The translations under genes and the position numbers were made by a program. Below are positions 20,398-33,739 of a stretch of DNA of 64,000 nucleotides, piece after piece (positions within the stretch are counted from its first letter, which is position 1; the number at the start of each line of letters is the position of its first letter). Where the stretch lies: positions 36,828,001 to 36,892,000 of the forward strand of contig OZ296656.1 of NCBI GenBank assembly GCA_965655095.1, written 5' to 3'. The notes below the pieces were generated by a model that ran no database searches, was not told the origin of the DNA, and saw only the letters and a program-made list of their open reading frames with translations. Source of the stretch: Haplodiscus bocki (Eukaryota).

Positions 20398-23300
20398 GGA
20401 GCTCATAATCAAACCTACACTTCGCAATATAAACTAGCATCCTATATTCTTTTCATTAACGCATTTCTCATACCGAACCTTCACAATTCAGTTTTTTAGC
20501 TTTGATCTCACAGGCATTGTGGTAATGGCCTTTCCATTTGCAGCACATAAATACTACAGCACTAATTAGCGTCGTTGGTAATTGTTTCTTTGACTGAATT
20601 GAGTTTATGTAGAGCTCACTGAAAGGGATTGTGGTTTCTTAGCACTGGATGAACAGAACTTGAACAGAACAGAATGTTGTTTAAGTTCAGATTTGACTGA
20701 ATTTTGAGTGATATACATGTCAGCTCACTTCATACGCATGTTTTCAGGAAAACTGGTTCAAACTACTTCTTGAAGTGAGGTGTGTATCGGTTTACTTTAT
20801 TTAAGAGATTTCAATACTACTTCTAATAATTGCACTGAAGTGATGCAAATTGTTGCTCACTTTCGATTGATTCAAGTATTGACCTAATGCGATTGAGTAG
20901 CACAAGGCTGACGTGTGGTAGAGCTTTCTCGTCATAAATGGCTACAAATTATGTGAATGTGCTGCGCTTAGAGTGAGTTGTGTAGCAGCTCAATTTGAAG
21001 CTTAAAAGCCATGGAATTTAATATAACTGCTCTGAAGTGAAGTGTGCAGTTATTCGCCTCTGAAAGCTTGTCTATTTTATAAAGTTTGGTGCGCCGCACA
21101 AAACCCGTCAAGAAAAACATCTTTAGCGTCCTTTTCTACATTCATGAATAATACATAAACGCGTTTGTGTTGATGGTAGAAGAAATAGTTTTACATAATG
21201 GCTTTTGTATGGAGTGTAAAAATTTTTGCATAGTTTCTTATGCTTTAGGTGATACTAAATAGATGATGGTGCTTCATTATAGAACATTTGCTAAATGCGT
21301 AACATAACTAGAAAGTTCGTATTTCCTTCATGCGAGCATGACATTCTCCCTCCTCAGGAAACAATATAGGCGTAAACGGGCTAATTGTGCGACGAAGTTC
21401 GGCTTATAGACAACGCCAAAAAGGGTCCTTCGTTAGTTTTCGATTGAATTATCTGATTTTTTCGTTGGTAAATTGTATGGGAGGGGATTTCCGAATGGCA
21501 GTCTTTTGCTGGTTTGACTGAGTGTCGCTATTTTTCTGTCAATTTTGTTAGCCATGAAGCAATGGTTTTTGTTCGGGCAGGTTCGACATTTTTCGGTTGG
21601 TAAAAAAAGTTGCTTATTTTTGTCCAATGAAGAATGAGGATTATTTGGCACTACTGTGTGATCGGTTGAAGCAATTTTTTGACTTGGCTGGAGTCTCGCA
21701 GAAACAATGGCGGCCATTTGGCGGTAACTTGTCAAAGTCGGCCCATTTAATCCAATTCAAGCGGGAAAAAAAATCAAGTGGATGCAGCCACGCCATCCAC
21801 TGATGCACTCTGCAATTTTTTCCTTTAATTGACTTTCTTTCAGTCAGTCCTCGACCTCGGTTCGCAAACAATCTCCCCAGAAAACTGTCCAAATAATTAT
21901 ATCGCAAGTATAGCTCAAATCACTTGCCGCTTTCTCCGAGGTGATTTCCCAACAGTTCATCCTTTCAGTGTACTGTGCTGTGCTAAGTAATGCAAAAATA
22001 TGTGACACAGCTCTGCATCTCTCATGGGAGAGAACATTTGTAATAACATGAAGTTTTAAGCGGGTTTTCAATAGGGGGACGGCCGTTTGAGGGCAGTGTG
22101 TGTCCATTGCTTGAACGTAGTGGATGAACAAGCCACTAGTGCAGCAACGTTCATTGAATTACGGCATCAATTTTTTATCACATGAAGTGCTTTGGCGTAT
22201 TCTTGTTCCGGCAGTGGGCTGATCTATTTGAAAGACGTTCAATGATGGCAGCAGGTCACGATGACGTCGCTGCGATGTTGAATGTCCTGCATGAGTCTGA
22301 AGAGGTGGAATAGATGACTGACGAGAAAGCGTCGAGTTCTAGTAGGGGTGTTCGTGACCGAAGCAAAAATTAAAACTGATGAACCCAAACAGTGTTGCGC
22401 ATTGACAGCTTTATGAACATTTGGACCCTGAATTGTTCGTGCGCATGACGAATAGACCGTATAGTAGGTGGTTTTCCCACTACTTTGGTAGGTAGTCTTT
22501 CATCCTGTGTTTGTCTATGCAGTTGTCTGCAGCTTCATGAACTTGCGTGTAGTGCTGTCGTCGGTCTTCCTTACTGTTTTATGCCAAATTGGTATTCTGT
22601 TGTTTCAGTGCAAATGCCACATGAGACTGCATACCGTCATCTGCAGGATCTGCTGGTGACTGATGACTTCTGGGATGGGCGCGGAATGTCCTGGCTCACT
22701 CATCGACCACATGAGTTGATGATTTGTGGTCAAACACTATCTATAAGTATTCGGCATTGGGTAGTCGCATTGGTTTGGGCGCTCGGCTAGTGCAGTCGAA
22801 GTGGGCATAACTTCAGTGTCGTATGTACATCTGTGTTGTTTGATTGCAGCGACAGAAGATGGGACTACTGCTTTGCTCGGCATGTCTCTGGAGGCCTTCG
22901 GGCATTCGCTGAGGACCTTTCTTCGATAAGTGCTGTCGCAGTATCCGTTGGCAACTGCTGTTGAGACACCACGGCCTGGGCGTCCTCCTCTGCGTCGTCC
23001 ATCTTCTGTCTTCGGTTTGTCGATGCCAGGAGCCAGTGGTGTGGGCTCAGTTCGAGAGATGCTGTCTGCGCTGGAGGTACATGTACTTTTGTAGAACCAA
23101 AACTTTTGTTTTTTCTATTTGACAGTAGCAAACTAAAGTGCTGGTCACTCTGTGCTGATCACTCTGTGCTGATCACTCTGTGAAGGTCAAAGGGTAGTAG
23201 ATTTTGTGGATGCAGTTGTCGACAATAGAGTTCACCACGCCATTTTGACCAGCATGGATACGAAAGGCGACAACTTACTACCAGTGACAAATGGCCACAG

Positions 23301-23434
23301 GCGTCAACTTGCCTCAAAATGTAAAATGCGACAATTGGCCACACATATTTGATTTTAGCTAGTTCTTGGCGAAAGTTTCTTCTTTGATTTTTACGGAAAT
23401 CTTGTTTTAGATAGCGGTTTCAACATTTCCTTAC

Positions 23435-23485
23435 TTCTTCATGATCAGATTCATGGTTACCCATTTACAAGTTTTTTTTAACTGT
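23435..23485 (-). CDS. Candidate exon of the host BTB-domain gene (BACK-like segment)
   Basis: tgcag|A CAG TTA AAA AAA ACT TGT ... AAG AA|gtaag; reads QLKKTCKWVTMNLIMK. Confidence 0.35.
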
Positions 23486-24623
23486 CTGCAATGAGGAATT
23501 ACACTCAAAAGAGTACAGTAGGCAAAGTTTGTAGTGAGCTGTCGCCTTTTACTATTAATGGCAAGATGACGCCCGTGGCGAGATGTCGCTCATGGCAAGT
23601 AGTTACACTGCCCCGTGAACAATTTGATGACGTCAGGGGTAGGATTATCTTTTAGGTCATCAAATGCGTCATCAAAATGTGCCATTGACTGCCTGTTGAA
23701 TATTCTCGACCAAATAGAATTCTCAGGATACGGAATCGTGAAAGACTCCGCAAGCCACACAAATTTGAATATTGATTAGGATAGAAACGGTGAGACTCGA
23801 GCTATTTATGTCGTTGACGTAGTTTTGTGGTACTATGCAAACGCCGTTTACAGGCCAACGCGCAATCATTACTCCTTGAAATCTAGGATGGTCAATTTGA
23901 ATCTTTTCTGTGAACTCCCCCCACCCCCACGCACAATTCAACTGGTTTCTGATTAGCTTTTGTTAATAATAATAATAATTTCAATGGGAAGTCATTTAAT
24001 CTTGATTAATTTTCATGTACGGTCTGATATCCAAGATTAATCAAGGCCCATAAAACGTTCATTCTCAACATGGAGCCAGTTTGTAGCACTTCCGCAAAAA
24101 TCGGAATCAAAAGACGCCAGGACAGGCTTATGTCAACGCTGCCCCAAGAATTTCGATATCAATGAGAGAACCTTTTTTCCTTTTTTGAAAAATGTTCGAT
24201 TTTTTTGATAAATAGTTCAATGTAGTTGCGTTTTTCTGACGTAAAATAACCGTTTCACATGGCCAAAAATTTGAGAGTGCCTTTCCTTAGATAAAAACTG
24301 CCTAGGAAAAAAGATAGTTAATAAAAAGGGTCGCTGCAAGGGGAGTATCAGGAAAAAACATTCCCAATTTCGATGACTCTCCGATCAAAGAAGTAATTAA
24401 AAATCTCAACATTGTATTAATACTGACTAACATTTATCGACGGCCGAAACACTAATGAAATCACCTGACAAAATCATACAAAGGCTTGAAAAGAACAATA
24501 ATGCATTATCAAGATATGATTGTTTAGAAATACGTCAGACAAAAATTGGAAGGCATATAGCAAGTAATTTTAGAGGGCATTTTACTAGTAAATTTAATGA
24601 AAAATCAAAAAAGAATTTTTTTT

Positions 24624-24695
24624 CCCTACTGAGAATTGAACCGTTATCTTGTCGGTTCTAACGCGCACACGCTACCGCTAAGCTGTTGGGACCGG
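24624..24695 (-). mobile_element. tRNA-derived SINE head or tRNA pseudogene
   Basis: Minus strand has an A-box-like AGCTTAGCGGTAG and a B-box-like GGTTCAATTCT at tRNA spacing. The acceptor stem does not pair. Confidence 0.5.
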
Positions 24696-25783
24696 AACAA
24701 TAGGGTATTTTTTGCATATGCAACATTAGCTGTAGTGGCCAGCTTATGATTGTTTTGTTTTTGCCGTTCCGAGGTTTGTTGCCGGTATATTTCATATTCG
24801 GTATAGACGGTTTTTTTCTGGTTTTTGGTACGTGTTCAAAAAATTTAATGGACGTCGGTAAAGCCATAATATTTCATATAAGAAGACAAGTCGTATACAT
24901 GGTGACTTCTTTGATCTTTAAAACATAGAAAAAAAATTAAGTACTGCAATCGTCGGGCTTTTTGAGTAATTTCACTGAGGCGCCGATTAAAAACGGATTT
25001 TTCTTCACCTATTCCGTGTTTTATTAGAAAGAGTATGGAACTCTACTTTGTAGTAATAAAGAGTCTCACTTTGCTGCCTGAGAATCTCTCAGCGAATTTT
25101 CACTGTTCTGTTACAATAAAAAAAATTCTGAAAAAATGAAGTGGAAGTCGTCCGCATGGGAGTAATACAACAGATCAAAGTTGGTGACACTAATAATAGT
25201 TAAAATTATGATGCTTAGTGAAGCTTTATATTTACCTTTTACAAGGAATTATTACTTGATCAAGGTTGTGAGAGGAATAAAATTCCACGAGAGTTTTCAA
25301 AGAAAGCGATCTCATGCGTCCTTGTGGCAATCACATCCCACTTTTTGTGAAAAGGTAGTTCTATGATAACAGGGATTTGGTATTTCAGTACAAACCAATA
25401 TGCAACTGCTCGATCTAATATTACAAAATAATTGCTTTTGAAAAATTTTATAATTTGAAAAATAATCAGTAATGATTCGGATAAACTTGAAAAATTTAAA
25501 ACGGCGATAACAAGATGTTTTTAGCTTCATTCATGGCTATCATGTATTTTTTGAAATGGCTTCAAAAATTTCGTGATACTCACTTCTGAAAACGCTGAAA
25601 ATTTTCTATAGTTTCTGGTATTTTAAAGGAAAGAAAAAAATCTGAAATGATTTAGCAGTGTCCCAGCTTTTGATGTTTTTCAAACCAAAAGTGATATTTC
25701 AACTTATTCTGAAAACAGCGAAACACGAAGTTTTTCGATAATTAGCAGCCCAAAATGTTCAGACATCATATTCCAGCGTGATA

Positions 25784-25990
25784 AACAAAACAGCCGGCTG
25801 CCACCGGTATATTTTCCGCCCTCCAAATTCGTTAAAGATGCGTTTTGAAAGAAAGCATTTTTTAGTAAAAACAATACACTAAACAACAATTTTTTCCAAT
25901 TTGAAAACGATCAGATTTTTTGGAAAAAGCCTGAAATTCGGTGTAAGAGAAAGACATTTTCAGAAGTATTACTTACATACAATTAATGAA
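25784..25990 (+). mobile_element. Non-autonomous interspersed repeat, copy 2
   Basis: CCACCGGTATATTTTCCGCCCTCCAAATTCGTTAAAGATGC matches copies 1 and 3. Confidence 0.6.
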
Positions 25991-26728
25991 ATAGGATTTG
26001 TTAAATTTGGTTGAATCAGGAAAAAGTGGCAGATTTTCTGTAGAAGCGTATAAGTTTTTGTACGCATGCTACAGAAAATGTGCCTTTTTCCGTTTAACAA
26101 ATGAAGAAACTTAAAATCGTGAAATTGGCAAGTACATGTACATTTTTATACATTTTAGTACCATATCCTTCATCTTCAATATTGTATTTAGGGATATACT
26201 TTTATAAGTTTTATCTTTTTGTGGCATGCTGGGTTGCCATAAGTTTTCTTTCGTAAATCTTGAAGGTTTCCACCAGGCTAGCGCAAATATTCAGCTTTGT
26301 GTGATCAAAAGGGCTGCTTTAAATGACCATTGTAACTGCTGTGACAAAAATTTGAACCTGATTGCTTTAAACTATGTCTATCATTGTTGCATGTGACAAT
26401 CATGAGCAAGTCTCCACTGACCAAGCTTTAAATGGGTCAAGTTTTTTAAAGAATTTGAATGTAACTTTGCGTGAGCGATAACTGTTTGAGTAGTGACAGT
26501 CTCTGTGGAATTTAAATTAACTGTGGAGAAAAGGACCAAACAGGAATCTTGAGTGAAATTAACAGATCAAGTAAAAACTTGTTTGAATATTTCTGCTCCT
26601 ACTTCGCTTAATGATGAAAGAAAAACGTCACTATAGATGAAAAACTAGAGGTCAGTTGCTTCGAAAAACATCAAAACCATGAACAAACCACAAATCACTT
26701 CACTATCAGACACGCTGTTGGCCGATAC

Positions 26729-26840
26729 TTCATGTTTTGGTCTACCTTGTCCGAAGTTAGAAGGTAGAGTGAGTTAAAAACCTCCAATCGCGCACAGGAA
26801 GGTGGTGGAGGAGCTGATGTTTTCTTAAGATAATAGGTTT
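26729..26840 (-). CDS. Candidate exon of the host BTB-domain gene
   Basis: ctag|AA ACC TAT... gives an open frame ETYYLKKTSAPPPPSCARLEVFNSLYLLTSDKVDQNMK. Donor is weak. Confidence 0.3.
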
Positions 26841-26929
26841 CTAGTTTTACAGAAACCCAACTATTGAAGACTACAGATTAAATCACTCAAAAGTTAAGCT
26901 AAGTAAAAAAAATCTTATACCTTTTTATG

Positions 26930-27230
26930 CCAATCGCTGTCATCTCCTTATATTGTTGCATCTACTCGAACAACTCTCCAGTCATCTTCATTTAATACAA
27001 ACATCCTTCGCTCATCATGCATTTTTGCAGAGACTTCAACATTTATCTTAACAGTTCACCAAAAGAGAAGCATGAATTGCATAACTTCATGCAGGCACTC
27101 AACTTGAAGCCAAAGCTCCAACACGCACAATGGCTCGCGTCAAACAAAACAAACTCCAAATTCAATAATTCTGAACAAAACTATCAGACATTCAATATCT
27201 GTATCTCCTCGTATTACTTATCCTAAATTT
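26930..27230 (+). pseudogene. LINE (CR1/L2-like) AP-endonuclease fragment
   Basis: HFCRDFNIYL...LHNFMQALNLKP resembles the GDFN...NL.Q motif. Confidence 0.4.
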
Positions 27231-30200
27231 ACCAAGGGATCGGGAACACATGCGTAAATGCGAAATCGAATATGGTCATCAATAGAGAAAGACGGAATAT
27301 AATGAAGTAATGATGATAATGAGAACACCTCGTTTCTTGTGAGCTGACCGGTCGAAATGATTTCTACTCTGAAGAAATCAATCATGAAATATCACCTCCA
27401 AAGCATTTGCCAACGAGTTTTATCAGGTTGAAGCTACGAGAAAAATGGGCTCCTTAAACAGATAAAATGTAAAAATTGTGTTCACGTTAAACGAGGTTTG
27501 CCAATTTCGTTTACGTTTGAAAAAAAACTTGAGAACCTTGTAGAAATTTTAGGAATTAACTTCCAACTCGAATAAACCGTAGTGCCACTTTTCACGAGAT
27601 GGGGAACGCGTCGAGTACCACGACAAAAATTATAACTCTAAAACCAACCAAAGGGAGATTCAATGTCGGAGCTAGTGGGCTTCTTCTGCAAAATATAAAC
27701 CTCTGTGATTTTTGACGTTCAATTCAGAGGGGCGTCTCGTAGCTTCTGACAGTTGAATAAATAAATTAGGGGAAATGATTTGATTAGAAACTAGTTTGAA
27801 TTACTATCTTGGTCCTGAACTTTATGCTAAACAAACTTTTATGCTGAGAGAATACAATATTAACAAGATTACACCAATTACTAGAATAATAATGAGCGTT
27901 AATATTACAGACTCGTCATCAAACATCAAACATATACCGAATAAAACCTTCCAAGAAAAATTTTAAGATATGTTCAAACAATAGCAACAATCACTCTGAA
28001 GAGAATAAAATAACAACTTTATGTTGATAGTAAGAAAAATTCCTTTCGGTACTAGTGGAATCGGATCACGCACCAATACCACAAATCAATCGTAATTCAA
28101 ACCGAAAAATTTTAGTCTCACCAGTCTCCCAATCAATTAAATCAACCCATATCAACAGTCTCCGACTGTTCGACAATAACCAGTCAAAAACAATTCTGGA
28201 AATTCGAATCCCCAACTTCAGTCCGGGACTACGTGGAAGGAAAGCGGCCTTGAGCAAAAAAGCATTTGCCGGGGAAACAACTCACCTTGTTTTTGGCAGT
28301 GATCGGAGACGCTCTTTTCACCTATCGGTCGGTTCCTTTCGCATCTTTACTGCTGGGGCTGTTTTCGGCCTTACTGTTTTTCATTTGGTTATATGATTTC
28401 ATTCATAATAATTTTTCAAAGGACTTCTCAGTTTCCTAAGTAGTTTCGCTGATCCACTTCGATCCAATTTTCATCAGTTTTGGCAGTACTTGCTGTCCAT
28501 TTTTTTGGTATACATCAGATATTAGTTTTTGATTTTGGTCGCATGCAATGGCAAAACGGGGTTGTTAGAAAATGATGACAAAAATCCTCTTCGTTTTCAT
28601 TGGTTCATGTCATCAATTTGATCGACAAGTTCTTTCCACACTTTTGTCAGCTTTTCTATTTGTCACGCAGGACAGCGTATTACAAAAATGAGCGACTAAA
28701 ATAAAATTTTCTTCCTAACCAATGTCATCAAATTAGTAGTGCAAAAAAAATGTCCGCAAAAAGTTGTATTTTTTAAGTAAGTTTCAAAAAATAACTGTGT
28801 TTCTCAAAAACGCAGGGGTTACAAAATCAACACGTCATTATGATTTCAATGTAATTTTTGTCTATTTATACTTTGCTTAACTTCTCTTCAGGAATCGTGG
28901 TCGAAAAATGCGATTCTCTGAAAGTAGTCAAAACTTCCCAATCGAAAAATCTATTTTTAGTCAATTTGAGGTCCATTTTCTCGACGTAAAACTCTTTTCT
29001 GGTCCAGTGGTGGTTTTTCCCGTTAGTACATATGAAGAAAAGTGTTTCAACGAAAAGATGAGCTCACTAGCTAGTTTCAACAAAAATTATTCATTTTTTC
29101 CCGAAAGTACCAATTTTGGTCATTTTTGGCTACCTAGGTCCGTGTTCAAAGTCGATTTTCTGAGCGTACAGGCAAAATTTCAAGAAATGGTCGTTGAATT
29201 TCCTAGAAACGTTTGATAGAATCATTGTGTTGAATTTCCAGCTTTCTGTCTTCAAAACGTTGAAGGGGTAGCCGTTTAGCAAGTAGACATTTTCCAAAGC
29301 TCCGTGTTTTTAGCTAATTGAAATTTTTGCGGGGAGTCTTATTATAGCTTTTTACGCTTGTTCCTCTGTTATTTTTCGTTTACGTTTGTGTTTTGCTTTC
29401 AATTTTTAATAGTTTACTAATGTTTTATAGGTTTTTCTTTCACTAATAGGCAAAAAACTGCAATTTTTGACACTTTTGTGTTAATTTCGACGCTTTTCAG
29501 TGGTTTCTTCGGTATTTCTCCAAAACGATTCCGTATAATCATTTCATCTTTTCAGTAGCGTTAGCCCAACCATAGATCTTCCCATCATGACTCTTGCGAA
29601 ATTTTTCCATTGAGTGTTTAATTGAACTCAGTTCACCATTTTCTTCATTGCACTTTGCACTTTCAACACTTTTCACTACCTTCATTCGATCCAATGTTGC
29701 TCACATTCCAATTTTAAGCTCTCCTCCAGAATTAACTTTGAATGGTGAACTTCTTGTTGATAATTTATACCTATTTCGAAAATTTTACATGCGGATTTAG
29801 GGATCTAATTAATTGAAGGCTCTATTTTTGAGACGCGGCAGCTCAAATATGCTAAAACGTGGGGTAGTGGTGGCCATATGCGTTGTCATAAATTGTTCCA
29901 ATTTAACTCCTATAGTTTTCTTTTTGTGTATATGAATATTTTATCCAATCCGATATCACATTTGCGCACTTCTAAAGTTGAAACTGAACTGAGATTTTAC
30001 AGTTTTACTGTTTTGCGGACCTTACTATTTTAAGTTTTATTTTTCGGCAACTAGTCTTTTTCGATCACGATGAAAATCTTTCAAAAGGTTCCGCTTGTAA
30101 TGCCGTTTTTTAGAGGATACTGTTTTCTTCTATCTATAATAGTCTCTGAGGAAAATGACGTTAAAGCTGGAGTTCGACTCAGAGACAATTTGAAGTTTTT

Positions 30201-30349
30201 TGCCGCGGTAGCTTTGCTTTGTTAATACACGGTCATTCCAAAATAACTGATACTTTTCAGGTTGCTTGTTTTTTTATTCCAATATAGTGTTCAATTAGTT
30301 CAATATTCACTTTCACGTATTGTTCTCACTGCTCATTTTCACAAAGTCC

Positions 30350-30830
30350 ACGTGCACTAACATAGCAAAAACCGTGTTGTAAAAATGCCAAATCTGATTG
30401 ATTTAGATTCTAAACGTAAACATCTTCCATATTCTACCTTCCAAACACGTTGCCTAAATGTTTTTGAGTTAATGGAAGGCATTTTTGGTCCTTTCCATAT
30501 TAATCCCGTCAAAATTGATTGTTCCAATAATAATAACAGTTGGCCGCGTTTTAACATTGCCTCTGATGTTAATTTTAGTACAATCTCTCCCATTGTCCCC
30601 TGTATCTTGTTAATTGATCAGATATTCGAACTGAGCAGGGTGTATTATAACTGTTCGGTGACTATCCTAATTCAACTTGAGAGCATGTAAATTTTATCCC
30701 TCCACGTCCGCTAACCAGTTCTACCAAAAGTCCCGAATATGCCGTTACTCGTAACTTCCCAAATTCTATCCAAACCAATCATATTTCCGCCACTGTTTAT
30801 CCCCTTATTGCTTCGTTGATCAATTAATTG
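30350..30830 (-). pseudogene. Degenerate LINE AP-endonuclease fragment
   Basis: TVAEI*L (ETWL-like), SGRGGIKF (GGGVA-like) and VIIIGTINFDGINME (IIxGDFNxPxINW-like) in the expected order. Confidence 0.4.
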
Positions 30831-31669
30831 CTAGTTGCATGGGATTTTTGAGAAAAGGCCTGTTGTTCACTTTTGCTTTACAAAACAAGGGAATAAAAAA
30901 CTGGTGTGCTGCAGCTTCATCTACTGGTACACGCTTCTTTGAACGTTGCTGCCATTCCATTGAAGTTTTTATACAATTAATGCAGCGTGGCCCACATGAA
31001 AGTGCGGCGCGGTATTTAGATTTCTTTATTCAACGTCCCAGTGACCTAAATTATTTTACACCTTTTCTCGCTTGTTCGGTTTCAACTTTGGATACTGGTT
31101 TGCCAAAACTTTTATCAGGATGGGACACCATCACTACTTCAAATTAGGACAATTGTGTTCACACGTTGGATGAGTATACATTCGATGTGCGTCGCGGTTT
31201 TTGTTGGTGCCAAAGTTTTCGAAAAAAATGTTTATCTTAATCGCGGGAATGGGAGTTTTATCTTTCATCTGACACTTAAGAAAGTAAGGAAAAGTTACAG
31301 AAAGATTGGAGATAATGGGAGCAACATAGTCTTGTCATGTCAAACACGTTATCTATCGAGAAACCTGTCACTAACATGAAGTTAAATCGACGTCCGCCTA
31401 TTCAAACAAAGGAATTTCGCTCTACGCATTCGTCTTAATCAGCACAACATGCCATCGTAAACATTATTCTTTTCTTCTTGTACTCCCCTTGTTGACTATC
31501 AACGTAAACAAATACTGAAATTAAAGTAGCGGAAAATAAATAATGAGTAAGCATCAGATTAAATACGGGTTTTGAATATTTCGAGTAATATAGTCTTTTT
31601 GCGCTCTTTTTAATTGTTTTTTTTTGTTCATAATAACAACTCCACAAACCCTAAAGCTTCGTCTGGAGA

Positions 31670-31985
31670 TGTAGAATACAGTTTTGGCAACCCTGCCGTT
31701 TTTTCGGTTTCTTTTTGAAAAAAAATGGTTTTCTGAAAAACACCCTGATTTTTCAAAGTCAGGTAAGGTGGCAATTTTGCAGTAGAAGGTGTATCAAATG
31801 ATTTTATTTCTTGAAAAAGTCTTTTTCACCTTGTGAATTTCTGCAAAAACTTAGAAAAATTTTAAGTTTGCATAATTTACAAAGTTTGACTAAGAAACAG
31901 TATTCTCAAAAACAACGCTGTCATTTTTCTAAAAGGCATCTTTAACAAAATTGGTGGGCGGAAAATATGCCGGTGCCGTCTTGTT
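31670..31985 (-). mobile_element. Non-autonomous interspersed repeat, copy 3
   Basis: Reverse complement AAACAAGACGGCACCGGCATATTTTCCGCCCACCAATTTTGTTAAAGATGCC. Confidence 0.6.
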
Positions 31986-32266
31986 TTTAAACACTTGGCA
32001 TATCAATTCAGTGTTCTTCTACAAAAATTAAAGGTTGGAAAGTGTCCTATTTTGCCCATACTATTATCGAGAAAAGTTCCCATTAACTTGGTGGTATAAT
32101 AGGCAAAACTCAACACCCTTGAACTTCTCATGAAAACGCAAAACCTTCATACAGCCAAGCTACCAATATGGTGTCCTAGGCAGAAGAGTAAGTAAATCCC
32201 TTCTAGGAATTTTTTAGAGACAAAACCACATTCACTGCATTTTCTTTTCAAATTGCCAAAACTTAC

Positions 32267-32272
32267 AATGTC
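32267..32272 (-). CDS. Candidate 6-nt microexon of the BTB gene
   Basis: aatttcag|GACATT|gtaagt. Phase-compatible with the upstream exon, giving ..VHK-T-(L/F). Confidence 0.4.
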
Positions 32273-33581
32273 CTGAAATTCAGATACACCGATAAATTTT
32301 TGTTTATAAGGACACATCTTGTGTTGACGATTTAATACTTTATTAACGATAGTTCGTAAATCGCATTCATTCCAAATGTGATTTTTTTCATTCAGAGAAA
32401 AGAGGTCGGATTTTGATTAGGTAGTAACAAATCATTAAACGTTTTGAAAACTCAATGCGTCCAGACAAATGAATTATTCAAAATAAGTGAACCCTGAGTG
32501 ATTGAAACTATAAAATTTGTATGTCAAGATAGGTGGAACACTCTCAGCAACGCAATGTCACTGCAAAATCTAGTGATGTGGGAGGGCAATGTGACATGTT
32601 GCGTGATGATTTTACGTGGGGTAACTTGGTTTTGTCTATTATTTTAAAGTAAAATTGTTGTAGAAGGCATTAAACACGATCAATGTGAAACAGAGTGACG
32701 TTTAGCCAACGTGGTCAAATTTTCAGTATTTTAGTGACTTCAGAGGTCGGAGCAAATTCCTTTAGCGGAAATTTGTTTTATAAAATATAATAACTTTGGC
32801 TTGAAAAAGATTATTTTTACTATTAGGATGTTTAAAAAAATAACCGTTCCCCCCGCGTGACTTGAGTTTTCAACAGAGTTGTGTAAAAGTTTGACGACAG
32901 AGGTGTTAATTTTCTTCAATCAACAAAAAATTGAAGCACACATGATTGAAAAATTGTAAATGGTTGGCTTTTTATGCAGAGGTCTCTCGGATTGAAACCT
33001 CCGAGAACGGATAGCGCATTTCCTAGATTTTAACTGATTGGAACTGATTGCGTATCAAACCAATTGAAACCTATGTCCCATATGCAACTTTTGCTTGCTC
33101 AAGATGCCCGTTATTTCAGCAGTCAACTCCATCTGTAAATAAAAATCCGACGTTTGCTCATGATCTCGCTTTTATACACGCATACGCATCCCAATGATCG
33201 ACACCATAGTACGCTTGCCGCAATCATACTCAGTTGTTCCAAGGCCGGCATGGTCAAGGCAAGGTTTTCATGATCTTCGAAAGGCTGCCCTGTAGATTCG
33301 TGATCTTAGAAACGATTCCATAGAATATTAAGTCATGAAATGCTTTTCTTTGCAAGATCAGCCATGGTCATAGACGACAAGTGGCAATATTCAGGCGCTT
33401 GACATTTAAAGTCGCAATTCATAGTGGAATTGATTTTGGAGGAAACATCAGTTACATACGGGATAAATCTATCGCTCCATTACATAGGCTTTAATTGAAG
33501 CGATACCAATAACTGGACTGTCTCTCAGGGAAACCTTTCACGAATATGAGTAAATTATTTGGTAAACTAAGGTGCTCTTAC

Positions 33582-33739
33582 TTGTGTACAAACAGTTTTT
33601 TGCCTGCAACAATGAGAATAATGTTGGTTGTGTTATCCTGGGTGACAAAATTGGAAAAACCTTCTTCGTCTTCAGTTGGGAGGACAGGAGCCTTGGGGGC
33701 TGTGTCCTTCTTGCTTTTTTCAGCCTGTTTTTTGCTCAT
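33582..33739 (-). CDS. First coding exon of a probable host BTB/POZ-domain protein
   Basis: ag|CCGCCAAAGATG..., MSKKQAEKSKKDTAPKAPVLPTEDEEGFSNFVTQDNTTNIILIVAGKKLFVH(K)|gtaag. Matches the BTB N-terminal xDVxLxVxGxxFxVHK. Confidence 0.7.

Noticed and set aside
24624-24695. Functional tRNA gene
   Set aside because: A and B boxes are present, but the acceptor and anticodon stems do not pair. Treated as a SINE or pseudogene.
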